Assembly: GCA_963765495.1 (NCBI GenBank) | Contig: CAVXWP010000001.1 | Coordinates: 512,001-576,000, forward strand | DNA from: Blastocatellia bacterium | GTDB taxonomy: Bacteria > Acidobacteriota > Blastocatellia > UBA7656 | DNA length: 64,000 nt | Direction: 5' to 3' | In this document: positions 49,300 through 59,527 of the stretch, piece after piece | Layout of the letters: each line of letters opens with the position of its first letter | Position numbering within the stretch: the stretch's first letter is position 1 | Program-made: the position numbers and the translations under genes | The notes under the pieces: model-generated | Databases searched by the model: none | Told to the model about the DNA's origin: nothing | The model's input: the letters and a program-made list of their open reading frames with translations, nothing else

Positions 49300-49746
49300 A
49301 TGAAAAAGTTTGCATCCACTATGATTATTCTTTTCGGATTGGTCGCATTACCCTCATTTCCATCCCATCAGTTTTCTGCTCTCGGTCAAAAAATCGTGAC
49401 GGCGGCTCAGGTAAACGGCACCTGGCGCAACAAGCACGGAGAGTTTAAGATCTGGGCCCTGGGGCATCAGAAATTGAAGGTAGAGTTTTCCGGCACATAC
49501 GAATACAAGACTTCGGCCGGGCTTATGGCCAATGTCGGGACGGGCAGCGGCATTGCGCTCATCGAATACGACACGGCAAAGTTCAAGCCTGAGGATTCGG
49601 ATGATGAATGCGAAATCACAATGAAATTTACGGGCGGCAATCTGGTTGTAACACAGGAAGGCGGCTGCGGTTTTGGGCATAACGTTGTCGCAGATGGAAC
49701 ATACAAAAAGGTCAGCAGCAGCAAACCTAAATTCGGCGAATTCTAA
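49300..49746 (+). CDS. Hypothetical secreted beta-rich protein
   Basis: GAGG RBS, signal peptide, Cys pair (CEITM...CGFG). Confidence 0.65.
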   Translation: MKKFASTMIILFGLVALPSFPSHQFSALGQKIVTAAQVNGTWRNKHGEFKIWALGHQKLKVEFSGTYEYKTSAGLMANVGTGSGIALIEYDTAKFKPEDSDDECEITMKFTGGNLVVTQEGGCGFGHNVVADGTYKKVSSSKPKFGEF

Positions 49747-49775
49747 GAGGGCGAATATGTGATAGGATTCTGTAT

Positions 49776-50630
49776 ATGAGTAAGACAACCATAGCCTGCA
49801 TTCAGATGAATCTGGAGATTGGCCAGGTAGAGGCAAATCGCGAAAAGATTGTTGAACATATAAGGACTGCCGCGCACAATTCGGCCGAACTGATAATCTT
49901 TCCCGAATGCGCTATAACCGGCTATTGCTTTGACTCGCTCGAAGAGGCTGCCCCGTTTGCCGAGCCTCTTGACGGTCCTTCTTCGAAAGTGTTAGCCGGG
50001 ATTTGCCGCGACCAGAATGTTTATGCCGTCGTCGGGTTTATTGAAAAAGGCGCGACCGGGTTTTACAACGCGGCCATGCTGGTTGGTCCCGACGGGCTGA
50101 TAGGCGGTTATCGCAAAGTGCATCTGCCTTACCTCGGAGTGGACCGATTTCTTACGCCGGGCAACAGACCGTTTGCCGTCTTTGACCTTCCATTTGGCAG
50201 GGTGGGAATAAACATCTGCTATGACGCGAGTTTCCCGGAAGCCGCGCGGGCGCTCAAACTGCTCGGGGCTGAGTTGATAATTCTGCCTACGAACTGGCCC
50301 GAAGGCGCGTGGCGCACTGCTGAATTCGTCGTCAACACGCGGGCGCAGGAAAATCACGTAAATTTTGTTGCCGTCAATCGTGTAGGTGTTGAGCGCGGCT
50401 GGCGCTTTATCGGCAGGTCTAAGGTAATAGACTACAACGGCGACACGGTTGTGGAAGCCCGAACAGATGAAGAAACGGTCATCCTGACGCAGGTTGATCT
50501 GCCGCAAGCCAACATCAACCGTATAATCAATGTAGCCGGTTCATATGAAATAGACCGGCTGGCGGATCGAAGACCGGAATTTTATGAAACATTGGTTCGA
50601 AAGGCTCTCAAACCGCACAAAGCGGGCTAG
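49776..50630 (+). CDS. Carbon-nitrogen hydrolase (nitrilase family)
   Basis: FPE, YRKVHL and ICYD catalytic triad motifs. Confidence 0.92.
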   Translation: MSKTTIACIQMNLEIGQVEANREKIVEHIRTAAHNSAELIIFPECAITGYCFDSLEEAAPFAEPLDGPSSKVLAGICRDQNVYAVVGFIEKGATGFYNAAMLVGPDGLIGGYRKVHLPYLGVDRFLTPGNRPFAVFDLPFGRVGINICYDASFPEAARALKLLGAELIILPTNWPEGAWRTAEFVVNTRAQENHVNFVAVNRVGVERGWRFIGRSKVIDYNGDTVVEARTDEETVILTQVDLPQANINRIINVAGSYEIDRLADRRPEFYETLVRKALKPHKAG

Positions 50631-50662
50631 TTATATAGCAGGGTGATGAATCGCCCTTCAAG

Positions 50663-50708
50663 ACCCTGATCCGGTATGTTATTAGCGGGGGCTAAACCGG
50701 ATCAGGGT
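50663..50708. terminator. Hairpin between convergent genes (likely terminator)
   Basis: Perfect 13-bp stem ACCCTGATCCGGT/ACCGGATCAGGGT followed by TTT. Confidence 0.65.
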
Positions 50709-50732
50709 TTTACAAGACAATAATCCTTTTTA

Positions 50733-50879
50733 TCAATTGTGCGGCTCTATATCGGCTTTGACATTTCTCACTTTTCCGCAGTCATAGCAGATCATTACAA
50801 TTTCGCTCATATCGTCGGCAATCTTGTGAGGAACGCCCCAATAATGCTTGTGGTTGGTTAAAATTTGCCAGATAGACAT
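50733..50879 (-). CDS. Small (48 aa) putative metal-binding protein
   Basis: GAGGA RBS; HKHYWG...ICYDCG. Confidence 0.6.
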   Translation of the reverse strand: MSIWQILTNHKHYWGVPHKIADDMSEIVMICYDCGKVRNVKADIEPHN

Positions 50880-51158
50880 AATATCCTCGCTTATCTTGTT
50901 CTTTTCTTTTTCAATTTTCTCTACGAACCGGCTGTCCATTTCCGATTCGCACACTACTAAATTGCAAAATCCATGCCGTTTATTCCCCTCCGCGCCCTTT
51001 CAACCTAAACTCAGACAGCCAAGCATTTTAGGTCAGATATGTTTTGGTGGGTCTGTTTTCGGAGCGTATTTTATTGCTGCAATGGCGTATACAAAGAGAA
51101 CGCCGCGAATAATTCGTTTCTCCGTTCGACGCCCGCTCGCTTATAATATCGGTATTCG

Positions 51159-51848
51159 ATGCGCATACTCGTTGTAGAAGATGAACAGAAGATGGCCGCT
51201 TTTATCGAGCGCGGGCTTGAAGAAGAGGGTGCAGCCGTAGACGTAGCCTCGGACGGCGAAGAGGGGTTGTTTCAGGCCGCAAGCGGCAACTATGATCTGG
51301 TCATACTCGACATTACGCTGCCGCGCATGGATGGCCTGGAGGTCTGCCGCAGGCTCAGAAAAGAACACATATCGACGCCGATTCTGCTGCTTACGGCGAC
51401 TGATTCGGTAGAGATGAAGGTGAAAGGGCTCGATAGCGGCGCTGACGATTACCTCACAAAGCCGTTTGCCTTCGCCGAACTTCTTGCCCGCATCCGCGCG
51501 CTTCGCCGCAGGGACCGCACCGAAGTCAACATGAAATTGCAGGTGAGCGACCTGATGCTCGACCCGCTCACGCGCCGCGTCTCACGCGCAGGCAAGCCTA
51601 TAGAACTCACATCGAAAGAGTTCGCGTTGCTGGAATGCTTCATGCGCCACCCGGATCAGGTGCTTTCGCGCACGTTGCTTGCAGAAAAGGTCTGGAACGA
51701 ATCTTTCGATGCCTTTACAAACGTCATCGATGTTTATGTCAATTATCTTCGCAATAAGATAGACCGCAATTTCTCGCCCAGGCTTCTGCACACGGTGCGC
51801 GGAGCTGGGTACGTTTTGAGAGTGCCGGAATCGGATGAAGTGATTTGA
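51159..51848 (+). CDS. OmpR-family response regulator (CusR/CzcR-like), no adjacent kinase
   Basis: ILVVED, LDITLP, GADDYLTKPF, NVIDVYV.YLR.K and HTVRGAGY motifs. Confidence 0.93.
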   Translation: MRILVVEDEQKMAAFIERGLEEEGAAVDVASDGEEGLFQAASGNYDLVILDITLPRMDGLEVCRRLRKEHISTPILLLTATDSVEMKVKGLDSGADDYLTKPFAFAELLARIRALRRRDRTEVNMKLQVSDLMLDPLTRRVSRAGKPIELTSKEFALLECFMRHPDQVLSRTLLAEKVWNESFDAFTNVIDVYVNYLRNKIDRNFSPRLLHTVRGAGYVLRVPESDEVI

Positions 51849-51937
51849 GCGGGGATCAGAGGCCAGAAGTCGGGCGCACCCATTGCCGGGCATCGCTATT
51901 ACATTGGATGTAAGTTTGTTGGTCGTTTATACGGCAA

Positions 51938-51977
51938 CGCTCATCTGAGATTTGCGATTTGAAATCTCAGATGAGCG
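51938..51977. terminator. 16-bp perfect hairpin built from the GATTTGA heptamer, between convergent genes
   Basis: CGCTCATCTGAGATTT / AAATCTCAGATGAGCG. Confidence 0.7.
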
Positions 51978-52012
51978 CGTATGAGAGAAATTAATTTCCC
52001 GCGTAATCAATC

Positions 52013-54700
52013 TCAATCGTCATTCCCGGCGAGGTTGCCGGTTACCCGTGGTTCAACCGCGTTTGATCGCACATCGCCGGGGTTGACTACGCGCACCTGG
52101 AAACTGCCCATACCGTCGATCTTTTTCGCTCCGATGCTTACGGTCAGGCGATCATCCCTGACCTTGACGGGCGTGCTTTGCCTGACGACCGCGCCATCCT
52201 TGACGAACTCTACTATGGCCTGTTTACGGAAGTTTACGCCCTCAATTCGCAGATTCACCTGCGACTCATTTCCCGCGATTGGCTTGATCAGCACGTTATT
52301 GATCTGAGGGCCGACCACCTCAAGCGGTTCTTCGGCTGACGGCACGCCGTCGGCATCTTTGTTGGGATTGACCACCATGAATTTCAGGGTGCCCGGCTGG
52401 GCAAGTAACTGGCCGAGTTCGTCACCCTTGAGCGAAACGACTATTTGATTCTTCTGCCCGTGAAAGCGCACGCGCTTCTTGTCTACGCGAAAAGCCCCGA
52501 CGTTATCCTTGCCCACATAGACGCGCAGGTGTTTCTGGAAGTTCTCTCCGCGAATGTTCACTTTTGCTTCGGAGATACCGGCAAGCACCCGTCCCGGAGT
52601 GACCTCGGTTATTGCCGGCGCGAGGGCGTCGATCTCCATAGGTTCTGAGACGCTGCCGTCGGGGTTGCGAACGACAAACTTTAACTTTCCGGCATCGCGC
52701 GCAAACCGGCCGGGCACGGTCAGTTTCAAGTTCGTATCTGTTGCGTGGCCTATACGGTCGGTTTCAACCGCTATGTCGTTGATCTCTACCTGAGCGCCTT
52801 CGCGGAAGTTTTCGCCTTTTATCCGCATGCGAAAGCTTCCCGCTCCTGCAATCACTTTATCCTCCACAGGCTCAAGCGCGGTTATGCGAGGGCCGTAGAT
52901 GACGAGCGGCTTCTCATTTGAAATGAGGCTCTCCACCGCGAGGTCTTTGACCTGAACGGTAAGCGTTCGGACCCGGCGCGCCTGATTCGCAGGCACTTCG
53001 GCCCGCAACTCGGTGTCGCTCGCGCGCTCGGTGTTGAGAGGCTGATCGCCGACAAATATTGTAGAGCTTGAGCGGAAGTTGCTGCCCGTGACCTTTAAGG
53101 TAAAGGCAGGTGAAGGGCCAGCCACCTCTTCCGGCTTGATCTTATCTATAGTTGGAGCAGTAGCCATCAACACGGTCAGCGGAGCGACCTGTGAAAGCAA
53201 ACCGTCAGGTGATTTCACCTGAACGCTTATGAAGCCGGGAAAATCGAAAAGCTCCTTGTTCAGTTTGGCCTCAAGCCCCTTTCGAACCTGATTGGAGGGC
53301 ACATCCTGGCCGTTGATGACCAGAGTCCCGCCTTCGAGATTTTCGCCCTTTACGAGCACTTTGATGCCTTTCAACCGGCCCTGCTCCACCGTATTGGGCT
53401 TGAGCAACGAAATCACAGGCACCTGAACAGGCGGGGCGGGGTCTTCCTCTTCTTCGCTTACGAGATCGAAATTCACAATGACGACTTCATCGCCGCCTGA
53501 CGAAGAGCGCATAACGGCAAGCGTCCGAGATTCCTTGTTCAGGGCGATGCGGCGAAGCTCGCTTCCGATGTTCTGCGGCGCTTCAAGTTCGCCCGTATCC
53601 GCGTTAAAGGCAAACAACCAGCCGGTGGCCGAGCCTACAAAGGCCGAAGAGCCGTCTTCATCGAATTCGACATTGTTTGCGCGAGAAAAAGTTATATCGC
53701 TTGGCGGCGTGAATTCGGCTTGAATGGCCAGCGCGCCCCCCCGGCTGATAATAGTAGTGACGCCGTTCGATCTGTTATTTGCGGGCCGACTGATAGAGAC
53801 GACCCCGATTATCTCACCGCCTTCGGGGCGCGAGGCCACGCTGATCCTTTGAGGCGCGATGACGCCTATACTCGCAAACTGAGCGCCGCTTTTCGAATCA
53901 ATCGCTATAAGCTGATCGCCGGTCGCGGCAGCAATATATATCGAGCGTCCGCTTGCGCTAAAGACCGGGTTATTAGACTCTTCGAATCGAGCGTCAGACG
54001 GAGTAAAGCTTGCCGAGGAGCTTAACATCCCTTCATCGTCTACCCTGAATATCGAGAGGTGATTTGCCGCCGCGCTCACGATTGCGATTATACGCTTGCC
54101 GCCCTGATCATAAAGAGCCGTCTCCGACGGACGACCGAGAAGCGGCAGTTCAGAGGTAATCTGTCCGGTCTCTATATCGAAACAATAAAGCGCAGGTTCA
54201 TCGAAGCTGGAAGCGATCAGGCAGAATTTGCCGTCGCTTGTAAGTATCGCACGCGTGGAGGGAGTGATGTGCGCGGCTGGCGGCAGCATAAGCAGCGAAT
54301 GCAGGTTGAGCCGGCGGGCGCTTGTCGCGTCAATTATGCTGATTGAAGCCGGGGAACCCTGATCGGGATCGTTTGCCGCCGGGACGGCGATCAAGCGGCG
54401 GTCGCCGAGTTCCACCATCGATAAAGGCCCGATGTTTGTGCCTACGACCATTGACGAGATGAGTTTGCCAGTCTTGAGGCTGAATGAGATGATCGCGCCT
54501 CCCGTCACCGACGAGACGTATCCCACCTTGCCGCCCGAAGCGATCAAAGGCTCGGCCTGCTCGTCGAGTATCGCGTAAGACGGGAGCGTGAGGCTGCGGG
54601 CATCGCGAATCTGCTTATGATTGCTGCTGCCCTGCGCGATGGTAAGGCTGAAGACCATCACGCAAGTTATCAGAGTCGTCAATTTTCTGTTAGGCTTCAA
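52013..54700 (-). CDS. Secreted beta-propeller protein with about five IPT/TIG-like domains
   Basis: Signal peptide; propeller-like blades; repeated P.I....P......V.G.NF motifs. Confidence 0.75.
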   Translation of the reverse strand: MKPNRKLTTLITCVMVFSLTIAQGSSNHKQIRDARSLTLPSYAILDEQAEPLIASGGKVGYVSSVTGGAIISFSLKTGKLISSMVVGTNIGPLSMVELGDRRLIAVPAANDPDQGSPASISIIDATSARRLNLHSLLMLPPAAHITPSTRAILTSDGKFCLIASSFDEPALYCFDIETGQITSELPLLGRPSETALYDQGGKRIIAIVSAAANHLSIFRVDDEGMLSSSASFTPSDARFEESNNPVFSASGRSIYIAAATGDQLIAIDSKSGAQFASIGVIAPQRISVASRPEGGEIIGVVSISRPANNRSNGVTTIISRGGALAIQAEFTPPSDITFSRANNVEFDEDGSSAFVGSATGWLFAFNADTGELEAPQNIGSELRRIALNKESRTLAVMRSSSGGDEVVIVNFDLVSEEEEDPAPPVQVPVISLLKPNTVEQGRLKGIKVLVKGENLEGGTLVINGQDVPSNQVRKGLEAKLNKELFDFPGFISVQVKSPDGLLSQVAPLTVLMATAPTIDKIKPEEVAGPSPAFTLKVTGSNFRSSSTIFVGDQPLNTERASDTELRAEVPANQARRVRTLTVQVKDLAVESLISNEKPLVIYGPRITALEPVEDKVIAGAGSFRMRIKGENFREGAQVEINDIAVETDRIGHATDTNLKLTVPGRFARDAGKLKFVVRNPDGSVSEPMEIDALAPAITEVTPGRVLAGISEAKVNIRGENFQKHLRVYVGKDNVGAFRVDKKRVRFHGQKNQIVVSLKGDELGQLLAQPGTLKFMVVNPNKDADGVPSAEEPLEVVGPQINNVLIKPIAGNESQVNLRIEGVNFRKQAIVEFVKDGAVVRQSTPVKVRDDRLTVSIGAKKIDGMGSFQVRVVNPGDVRSNAVEPRVTGNLAGNDD

Positions 54701-54807
54701 CTGCTATGTCTCCCAAACTCAATATTAAATCTAAATAATACCACGCGCTAAGGTGGGGCGGCGCGTCTTGCTGGCAATCTTATTCTTTTCGCAACATCAG
54801 ATCAAGT

Positions 54808-54910
54808 GATTTTAGATTTTGGATTTTAGATTTTGGATTATGATGAACCATTCCCACCACAGCAGAACCCGGTTTCCGAAATCTAAAATCCAAAATCCAA
54901 AATCTAAAAT
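54808..54910. repeat. Heptamer tandem inverted repeat (GATTTTR / AATCYAA)
   Basis: gattttagattttggattttagattttggatt ... aatctaaaatccaaaatccaaaatctaaaat. Confidence 0.85.
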
Positions 54911-54989
54911 TACAGGCTCTGGTTTTCAACTCAACGCTCATGGCAAAATAGTAGTTCCAGAACTTTGACCCGATTCAGGAGGTAAAGGA

Positions 54990-55427
54990 ATGAGATTTAT
55001 AAACCGCATCTGGCTTTCGGCCCTCATCGCCGTGCTTTTGTGCGGAGCTTTTGCTCTGGCAGGCACGTCCCCGGGGCAGGATGATACCGATAAGGTCGAA
55101 CGCATTTCCGTTGATGAACTCATATTGATGATGGCCAAAAAAAAGCCCGTGACTATCATTGATTCTCGCGTCCTCGACAGTTACGACACAAAGATCAAGG
55201 GGGCGCTGCAAATACCCGTCACTGAAACCGAGGCGCGTCTGAAAGAGATTCCTCGCGACCGCGAGATAGTTACGTACTGTGCCTGACATAACGAAGCTAC
55301 AAGCGCCCGTGCGGCGCAGATACTCCTAGACAACGGCTTTAAGAAGGTACGCGCACTCAAAGGCGGATGGAATGCCTGGGTTCAGGCTGCCGGACAGATA
55401 GAAGATAAGGAAGAGCCTAAACACTGA
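54990..55427 (+). CDS. Exported rhodanese-domain protein, probable selenoprotein (145 aa, UGA at 55284-55286 read as Sec)
   Basis: Frame continues past TGA as YCA(U)HNEATSARAAQILLDNGFKKVRALKGGWNAW..., completing the rhodanese fold; hairpin 16 nt downstream of the TGA. Confidence 0.82.
55287..55319 (+). promoter_or_regulatory. Candidate bacterial SECIS element
   Basis: GCGCC-CGTGC-GGCGC stem-loop (55303-55317) with a GU-containing loop, immediately 3' of the in-frame UGA. Confidence 0.65.
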
Positions 55428-55488
55428 TCACCTTACCGGCTTATCTCGCCGGTAAGCGATGAGCCGGTAAACAGGAAAAACCAGAAAG

Positions 55489-55863
55489 ATGATAATAACA
55501 AACCGCGACCGCGCGCGTGTGATCGCTACCCGTCACGGATCGGAAATTCGCCCGCTGATAGATCGCACGACGAGCGCCATAACTCAGTGCAGCCTTGCCG
55601 AAGAGATTCTTCCGCCGGGCTCGACGGTTACGCCTCATCACCACAACGAGCTTGAAGAGGTTTATTACATCCTCTCAGGCCGGGGGATGATGACGGTAGG
55701 CGACGAATGCCGCGAAGTCGGCTCGGGCGATGCCGTCTATGTTCCGCGAAACCATCGGCACACGCTCGAAAATACGGGCGACGAACCCATCAGATTAATC
55801 CTGGTCTGCGGCCCGGCCTTCTTTTATGAAGATGAAATACTGGAAAGTGATGCGCTCACGTGA
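55489..55863 (+). CDS. Cupin domain protein
   Basis: PHHH...EEVYYILSG.G and GDAVYVP...RH...N motifs. Confidence 0.88.
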   Translation: MIITNRDRARVIATRHGSEIRPLIDRTTSAITQCSLAEEILPPGSTVTPHHHNELEEVYYILSGRGMMTVGDECREVGSGDAVYVPRNHRHTLENTGDEPIRLILVCGPAFFYEDEILESDALT

Positions 55864-55875
55864 GCGCACCACGCA

Positions 55876-57246
55876 TCATCCTTTGAATTCGCTCACGAGC
55901 GCCTGTACGGTCGATTTGGCATCGCCGAAAAGCATTCGAGTGTTGTTGTAGTAAAACAGAGGGTTTTCAATTCCTGCGAAACCCGAAGCCATAGAACGCT
56001 TCAAAACAAAAACGGTCCTGGCCTGATCTACGTTTATGATCGGCATGCCGTAGATCGGGCTTGATTCGTCTTCGCGGGACGCCGGATTCACTACGTCGTT
56101 TGCGCCGATGACTATCGCAACATCTACGGCCGCCATCATGCGATTGGCCGATTCCATCTCTATTAACTGCTCATAAGGCACGTCGGCTTCGGCCAGCAAC
56201 ACGTTCATGTGCCCGGGCATGCGCCCGGCCACCGGGTGTATAGCGTAGTGGACTTCCGCGCCGTTTGCTTCCAGCAATTCTCCGAGTTCGCGCACTACGT
56301 GTTGGGCCTGCGCCACCGCCATGCCGTAACCGGGAACGAAAAGGACCGAGCGCGCGGCTTCGAGGATGAAATAGGCATTTTCAGGCGACAGAGGTTTGAC
56401 TTCACCCGCAGCCTCTTTGCTCGCCTTGACCGTCACGGCTCCGAAACCTCCAAACAAGACGTTTGTAATAGAGCGATTCATCGCCTTGCACATTATGTTT
56501 GTGAGTATCAAACCGCTCGCGCCCACCAGACACCCTGCCACGATCAGCACGTTGTTGAGGATGACGAATCCGGCGGCCGAAGCCGCAAGCCCCGAATAGC
56601 TGTTCAGAAGAGAGATGACGACCGGCATATCCGCGCCGCCTATCGGTATCACGGCCATAATGCCTAAAACCAGCGACAACGCGATGGCCGCAAGAAAGAT
56701 CGTGTACGAGCCTTGGGGCCAGAGCGTAAACAGCACGCCGAAAAGCGCGATGAGAACCAGCAGCAGGGCGTTTACGATTTGCTGGCCTCGAAACAGCACG
56801 GGCTTCCCCGTGATCTTTTCCGCAAGCTTGGCGTATGCGACTACGCTACCGCTAAAAGTGACTCCGCCTATCAGTATCGTCAGGTATATCGAGATGATGG
56901 TAAAGGTAGGGCTGTCCGGGTGCATGTGATATTCGGCCCAGCCCACGACGAGGCTTGCAAGCCCGCCAAAACCGTTGAAGAGGCCGACCATCTCAGGCAT
57001 CGCGGTCATCCGTACGGCATACGCGGCATACGCGCCTATGATCGAGCCCGCGACAAGGCCGATTATGATCCATTGAAACGCCAGCCCTTTCATCACCAAG
57101 GTGGCGACGATGGCTATCAGCATACCTATTGCCGAAATTATATTGCCGCGCCGCGCGGTTGTCTGAGAGCCAAGTTCTTTCAGACCGATGATAAAGAGGA
57201 TTGCGGCGATGACATAGCCGAGATTGATAAGTTCGTTGAGGTCCAT
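55876..57246 (-). CDS. pntB: NAD(P) transhydrogenase subunit beta
   Basis: IGGADMPVVISLLNSYSG, PGYGMAVAQAQ, HPVAGRMPGHMNVLLAEA. Confidence 0.97.
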   Translation of the reverse strand: MDLNELINLGYVIAAILFIIGLKELGSQTTARRGNIISAIGMLIAIVATLVMKGLAFQWIIIGLVAGSIIGAYAAYAVRMTAMPEMVGLFNGFGGLASLVVGWAEYHMHPDSPTFTIISIYLTILIGGVTFSGSVVAYAKLAEKITGKPVLFRGQQIVNALLLVLIALFGVLFTLWPQGSYTIFLAAIALSLVLGIMAVIPIGGADMPVVISLLNSYSGLAASAAGFVILNNVLIVAGCLVGASGLILTNIMCKAMNRSITNVLFGGFGAVTVKASKEAAGEVKPLSPENAYFILEAARSVLFVPGYGMAVAQAQHVVRELGELLEANGAEVHYAIHPVAGRMPGHMNVLLAEADVPYEQLIEMESANRMMAAVDVAIVIGANDVVNPASREDESSPIYGMPIINVDQARTVFVLKRSMASGFAGIENPLFYYNNTRMLFGDAKSTVQALVSEFKG

Positions 57247-57530
57247 TATTTCTTGAACTCTTCCTTCTTTTTGAACATCGCAAGCATTCGATCAGTGACC
57301 AGATACCCGCCTACGACATTGATGGTCGCGCTTACGACGGCCAGCGTCCCGAGTATGATCGTCAGCGTGTCGTTTTCGGTTCCGGCGGCGATCAGCGCGC
57401 CTACGATGGTGATGCCCGAAATGGCGTTCGAGCCCGACATCAACGGGGTATGAAGCTGCGAAGGAACTTTCGAGATCAACTCGAAGCCAAGAAAGATTGA
57501 CAGAATGAATATGAAAAGAAGAAGCGTCAT
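57246..57530 (-). CDS. pntA: NAD(P) transhydrogenase subunit alpha, part 2
   Basis: LHTPLMSGSNAISG, NVVGGY.VTDRML. Confidence 0.95.
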   Translation of the reverse strand: MTLLLFIFILSIFLGFELISKVPSQLHTPLMSGSNAISGITIVGALIAAGTENDTLTIILGTLAVVSATINVVGGYLVTDRMLAMFKKKEEFKK

Positions 57531-57536
57531 TACCTG

Positions 57537-58670
57537 TTACCTCATAAGGTTTTTCACGACCTCGTTATAGACCTGGCCGTTATATGTTATAAGACAGCTT
57601 TTCAGGATGTCGTCATCGAGATCGAGGAGAAGGCTGCCGGACTGCTTATCCCAGAAATGCTCTATAAAATTGCCCAGGTTGCTCGAATACATCTGGCTTG
57701 CGTGAACCGGGACCTGTCGCGACGGGTTGCCGAGCCCTATCACCCGAACATCGTTTATGACTATCTCCTGCCCGATCTTCGAGCACTCGACATTGCCCCC
57801 GGTTTCGACCGCGAGATCCACGACCACGCTGCCGGGGTTCATGCCCTTTATCATATCCGTGGTCAGTATGACGGGGGCTTTTCGGCCAAAGACCTGCGCG
57901 GCGGTAATCACCACGTCTGAGAGCGCGCACTGACGGGCCACCGCCTCACGCTGTCTTTGCAACTGTTCAGGCGTCAACTCTCTGGCATAGCCCTGCTCGG
58001 TCTTTCCCGTCTCTCCAAGATCAATCTTGATAAATTTCGCGCCGAGCGATTTTATCTGTTCTTCCACTTCCGGGCGAACATCAAATGCATCGACGCGCGC
58101 GCCCAGCCGCTTTGCAGTCGCTATGGCCTGAAGCCCGGCCACGCCCGCGCCTATGACAAAGACCCTCGTGGGAGAGATCGTCCCGGCAGGCGTCATCATC
58201 ATCGGGAAGATGCGGCTGAGGCGTTCGGCGGCCACTATGACCCCGACGTAGCCTGCGAGATTCGCCTGCGAACTGAGCGCGTCCATTTTCTGAGCTATGG
58301 TCGAGCGGGGGATCATTTCAAGACTGACGGCGCTGACATTGGCTCGCGCCAGTTCGGCAACCTTGTTGAGGTTATTGAATGGATCGAGATAGCTGATATG
58401 AATGCAGCCCGGTTTCATCAACTGTATCTCTTCAAGTAGCGGGCTGTTGAACCTGAGAACCACGTCGGCTAAAGCCAGCGAATCGGCGCGATTTACGATG
58501 ATTGCCGCCCCGACCTCTGAGTATTCATCGTCAGCGATGCTGATTGATGAGCCAAGCCCTGATTCTATTTCAACCTCCGCGCCGAGCTTTACGAGCTTAC
58601 CGGCAGTTTCGGGAATGACGGGTACGCGGCTCTCGCCGGGGGCCGCCTCTTTTGGAATGAAAATCCGCAT
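57537..58670 (-). CDS. pntA: NAD(P) transhydrogenase subunit alpha, part 1 (dI)
   Basis: PKE...GE.RV, AQKMDALSSQ, FPMMMTPAG, GAGVAGLQAI; start moved to ATG 58670. Confidence 0.95.
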   Translation of the reverse strand: MRIFIPKEAAPGESRVPVIPETAGKLVKLGAEVEIESGLGSSISIADDEYSEVGAAIIVNRADSLALADVVLRFNSPLLEEIQLMKPGCIHISYLDPFNNLNKVAELARANVSAVSLEMIPRSTIAQKMDALSSQANLAGYVGVIVAAERLSRIFPMMMTPAGTISPTRVFVIGAGVAGLQAIATAKRLGARVDAFDVRPEVEEQIKSLGAKFIKIDLGETGKTEQGYARELTPEQLQRQREAVARQCALSDVVITAAQVFGRKAPVILTTDMIKGMNPGSVVVDLAVETGGNVECSKIGQEIVINDVRVIGLGNPSRQVPVHASQMYSSNLGNFIEHFWDKQSGSLLLDLDDDILKSCLITYNGQVYNEVVKNLMR

Positions 58671-58917
58671 AGCAACTCCAGAACAACAATTCCTTATGAC
58701 AAGACTCGGCCTATTCCTGGCCACGGGGCCGGGGAATGAATCAAGCTCGCCTTTCTTTCATCCGTTTATCGAGGACCACAAGGGATGGCAAGCAACCCGG
58801 CTTCTAACTAAAGATGAAATATATCATCGCCGCCCCGTATTTGACAGCGCCTCACCTGAACCAGAATACAAAAGCCGGGGGCGTGCCGCGCAAACGCAGG
58901 TTTGATAATTTCCGCTG

Positions 58918-59370
58918 TCAGGACCCGCCTGCTAAATCGGGCGGCACATAATGAATGTATGTGTTGAGCATGCGAATCTCTTCGGCCTTTTCGTCAGCGT
59001 CCCGAGCGAGCAGATCGCGCAATGAAACCAGGCCCAGCAGTTTATTGTTTTCAAGGATAGGCAGATGACGACACCGGGCCTTTTGCATCTTGCGTATGCC
59101 CTCTTCGTAGGTCTCGTCGGGCGCGGCAAAGGTCAGATCGCTCGACATAAGTTCGCCGACCCGGACGCTTGCAGGGTCGTGCCCTGCGGCTACGACTCGC
59201 TTTAGCAGATCGCGCTCGGAAAACAATCCGACCACGCGCTCGTCTTCAACTACCATTACCGCGCCTATATTGCGATCCGTCATGTAGACTGCCGCGTCAT
59301 GTGCAGTGAAATCAGCAGTTATGGTGTAAAGCTCGCTGTGTTCTTTTACTATCGAACCGAGTGTCTTCAT
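58918..59370 (-). CDS. Tandem CBS-domain protein
   Basis: IGAVMV...GLFSERD...M...RHLPI...GLVSLRD. Confidence 0.9.
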   Translation of the reverse strand: MKTLGSIVKEHSELYTITADFTAHDAAVYMTDRNIGAVMVVEDERVVGLFSERDLLKRVVAAGHDPASVRVGELMSSDLTFAAPDETYEEGIRKMQKARCRHLPILENNKLLGLVSLRDLLARDADEKAEEIRMLNTYIHYVPPDLAGGS

Positions 59371-59527
59371 AAGCCACCCCTTCCGCCCTCAATCGGGGCC
59401 GAGAGTTTTACTCATCAGAGCAAACAAACAACTGAGGTTCTTATAACAAGCGTATGAACGTATTAATGCTGGATAAGTTGAGTCTAACCGGGCAATCAAT
59501 TCGCTGTCAAGAATCGCCCCTTTCCGA

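Noticed and set aside
6488-54910. Short repeat arrays considered as possible CRISPR
   Set aside because: Units are 7-9 nt, tandem and inverted, with no unique spacers and no cas genes
54990-55286. 98-aa truncated rhodanese or pseudogene call
   Set aside because: The downstream frame is intact, the stop is TGA in a CxU context and a SECIS-like hairpin follows; read-through is the better explanation
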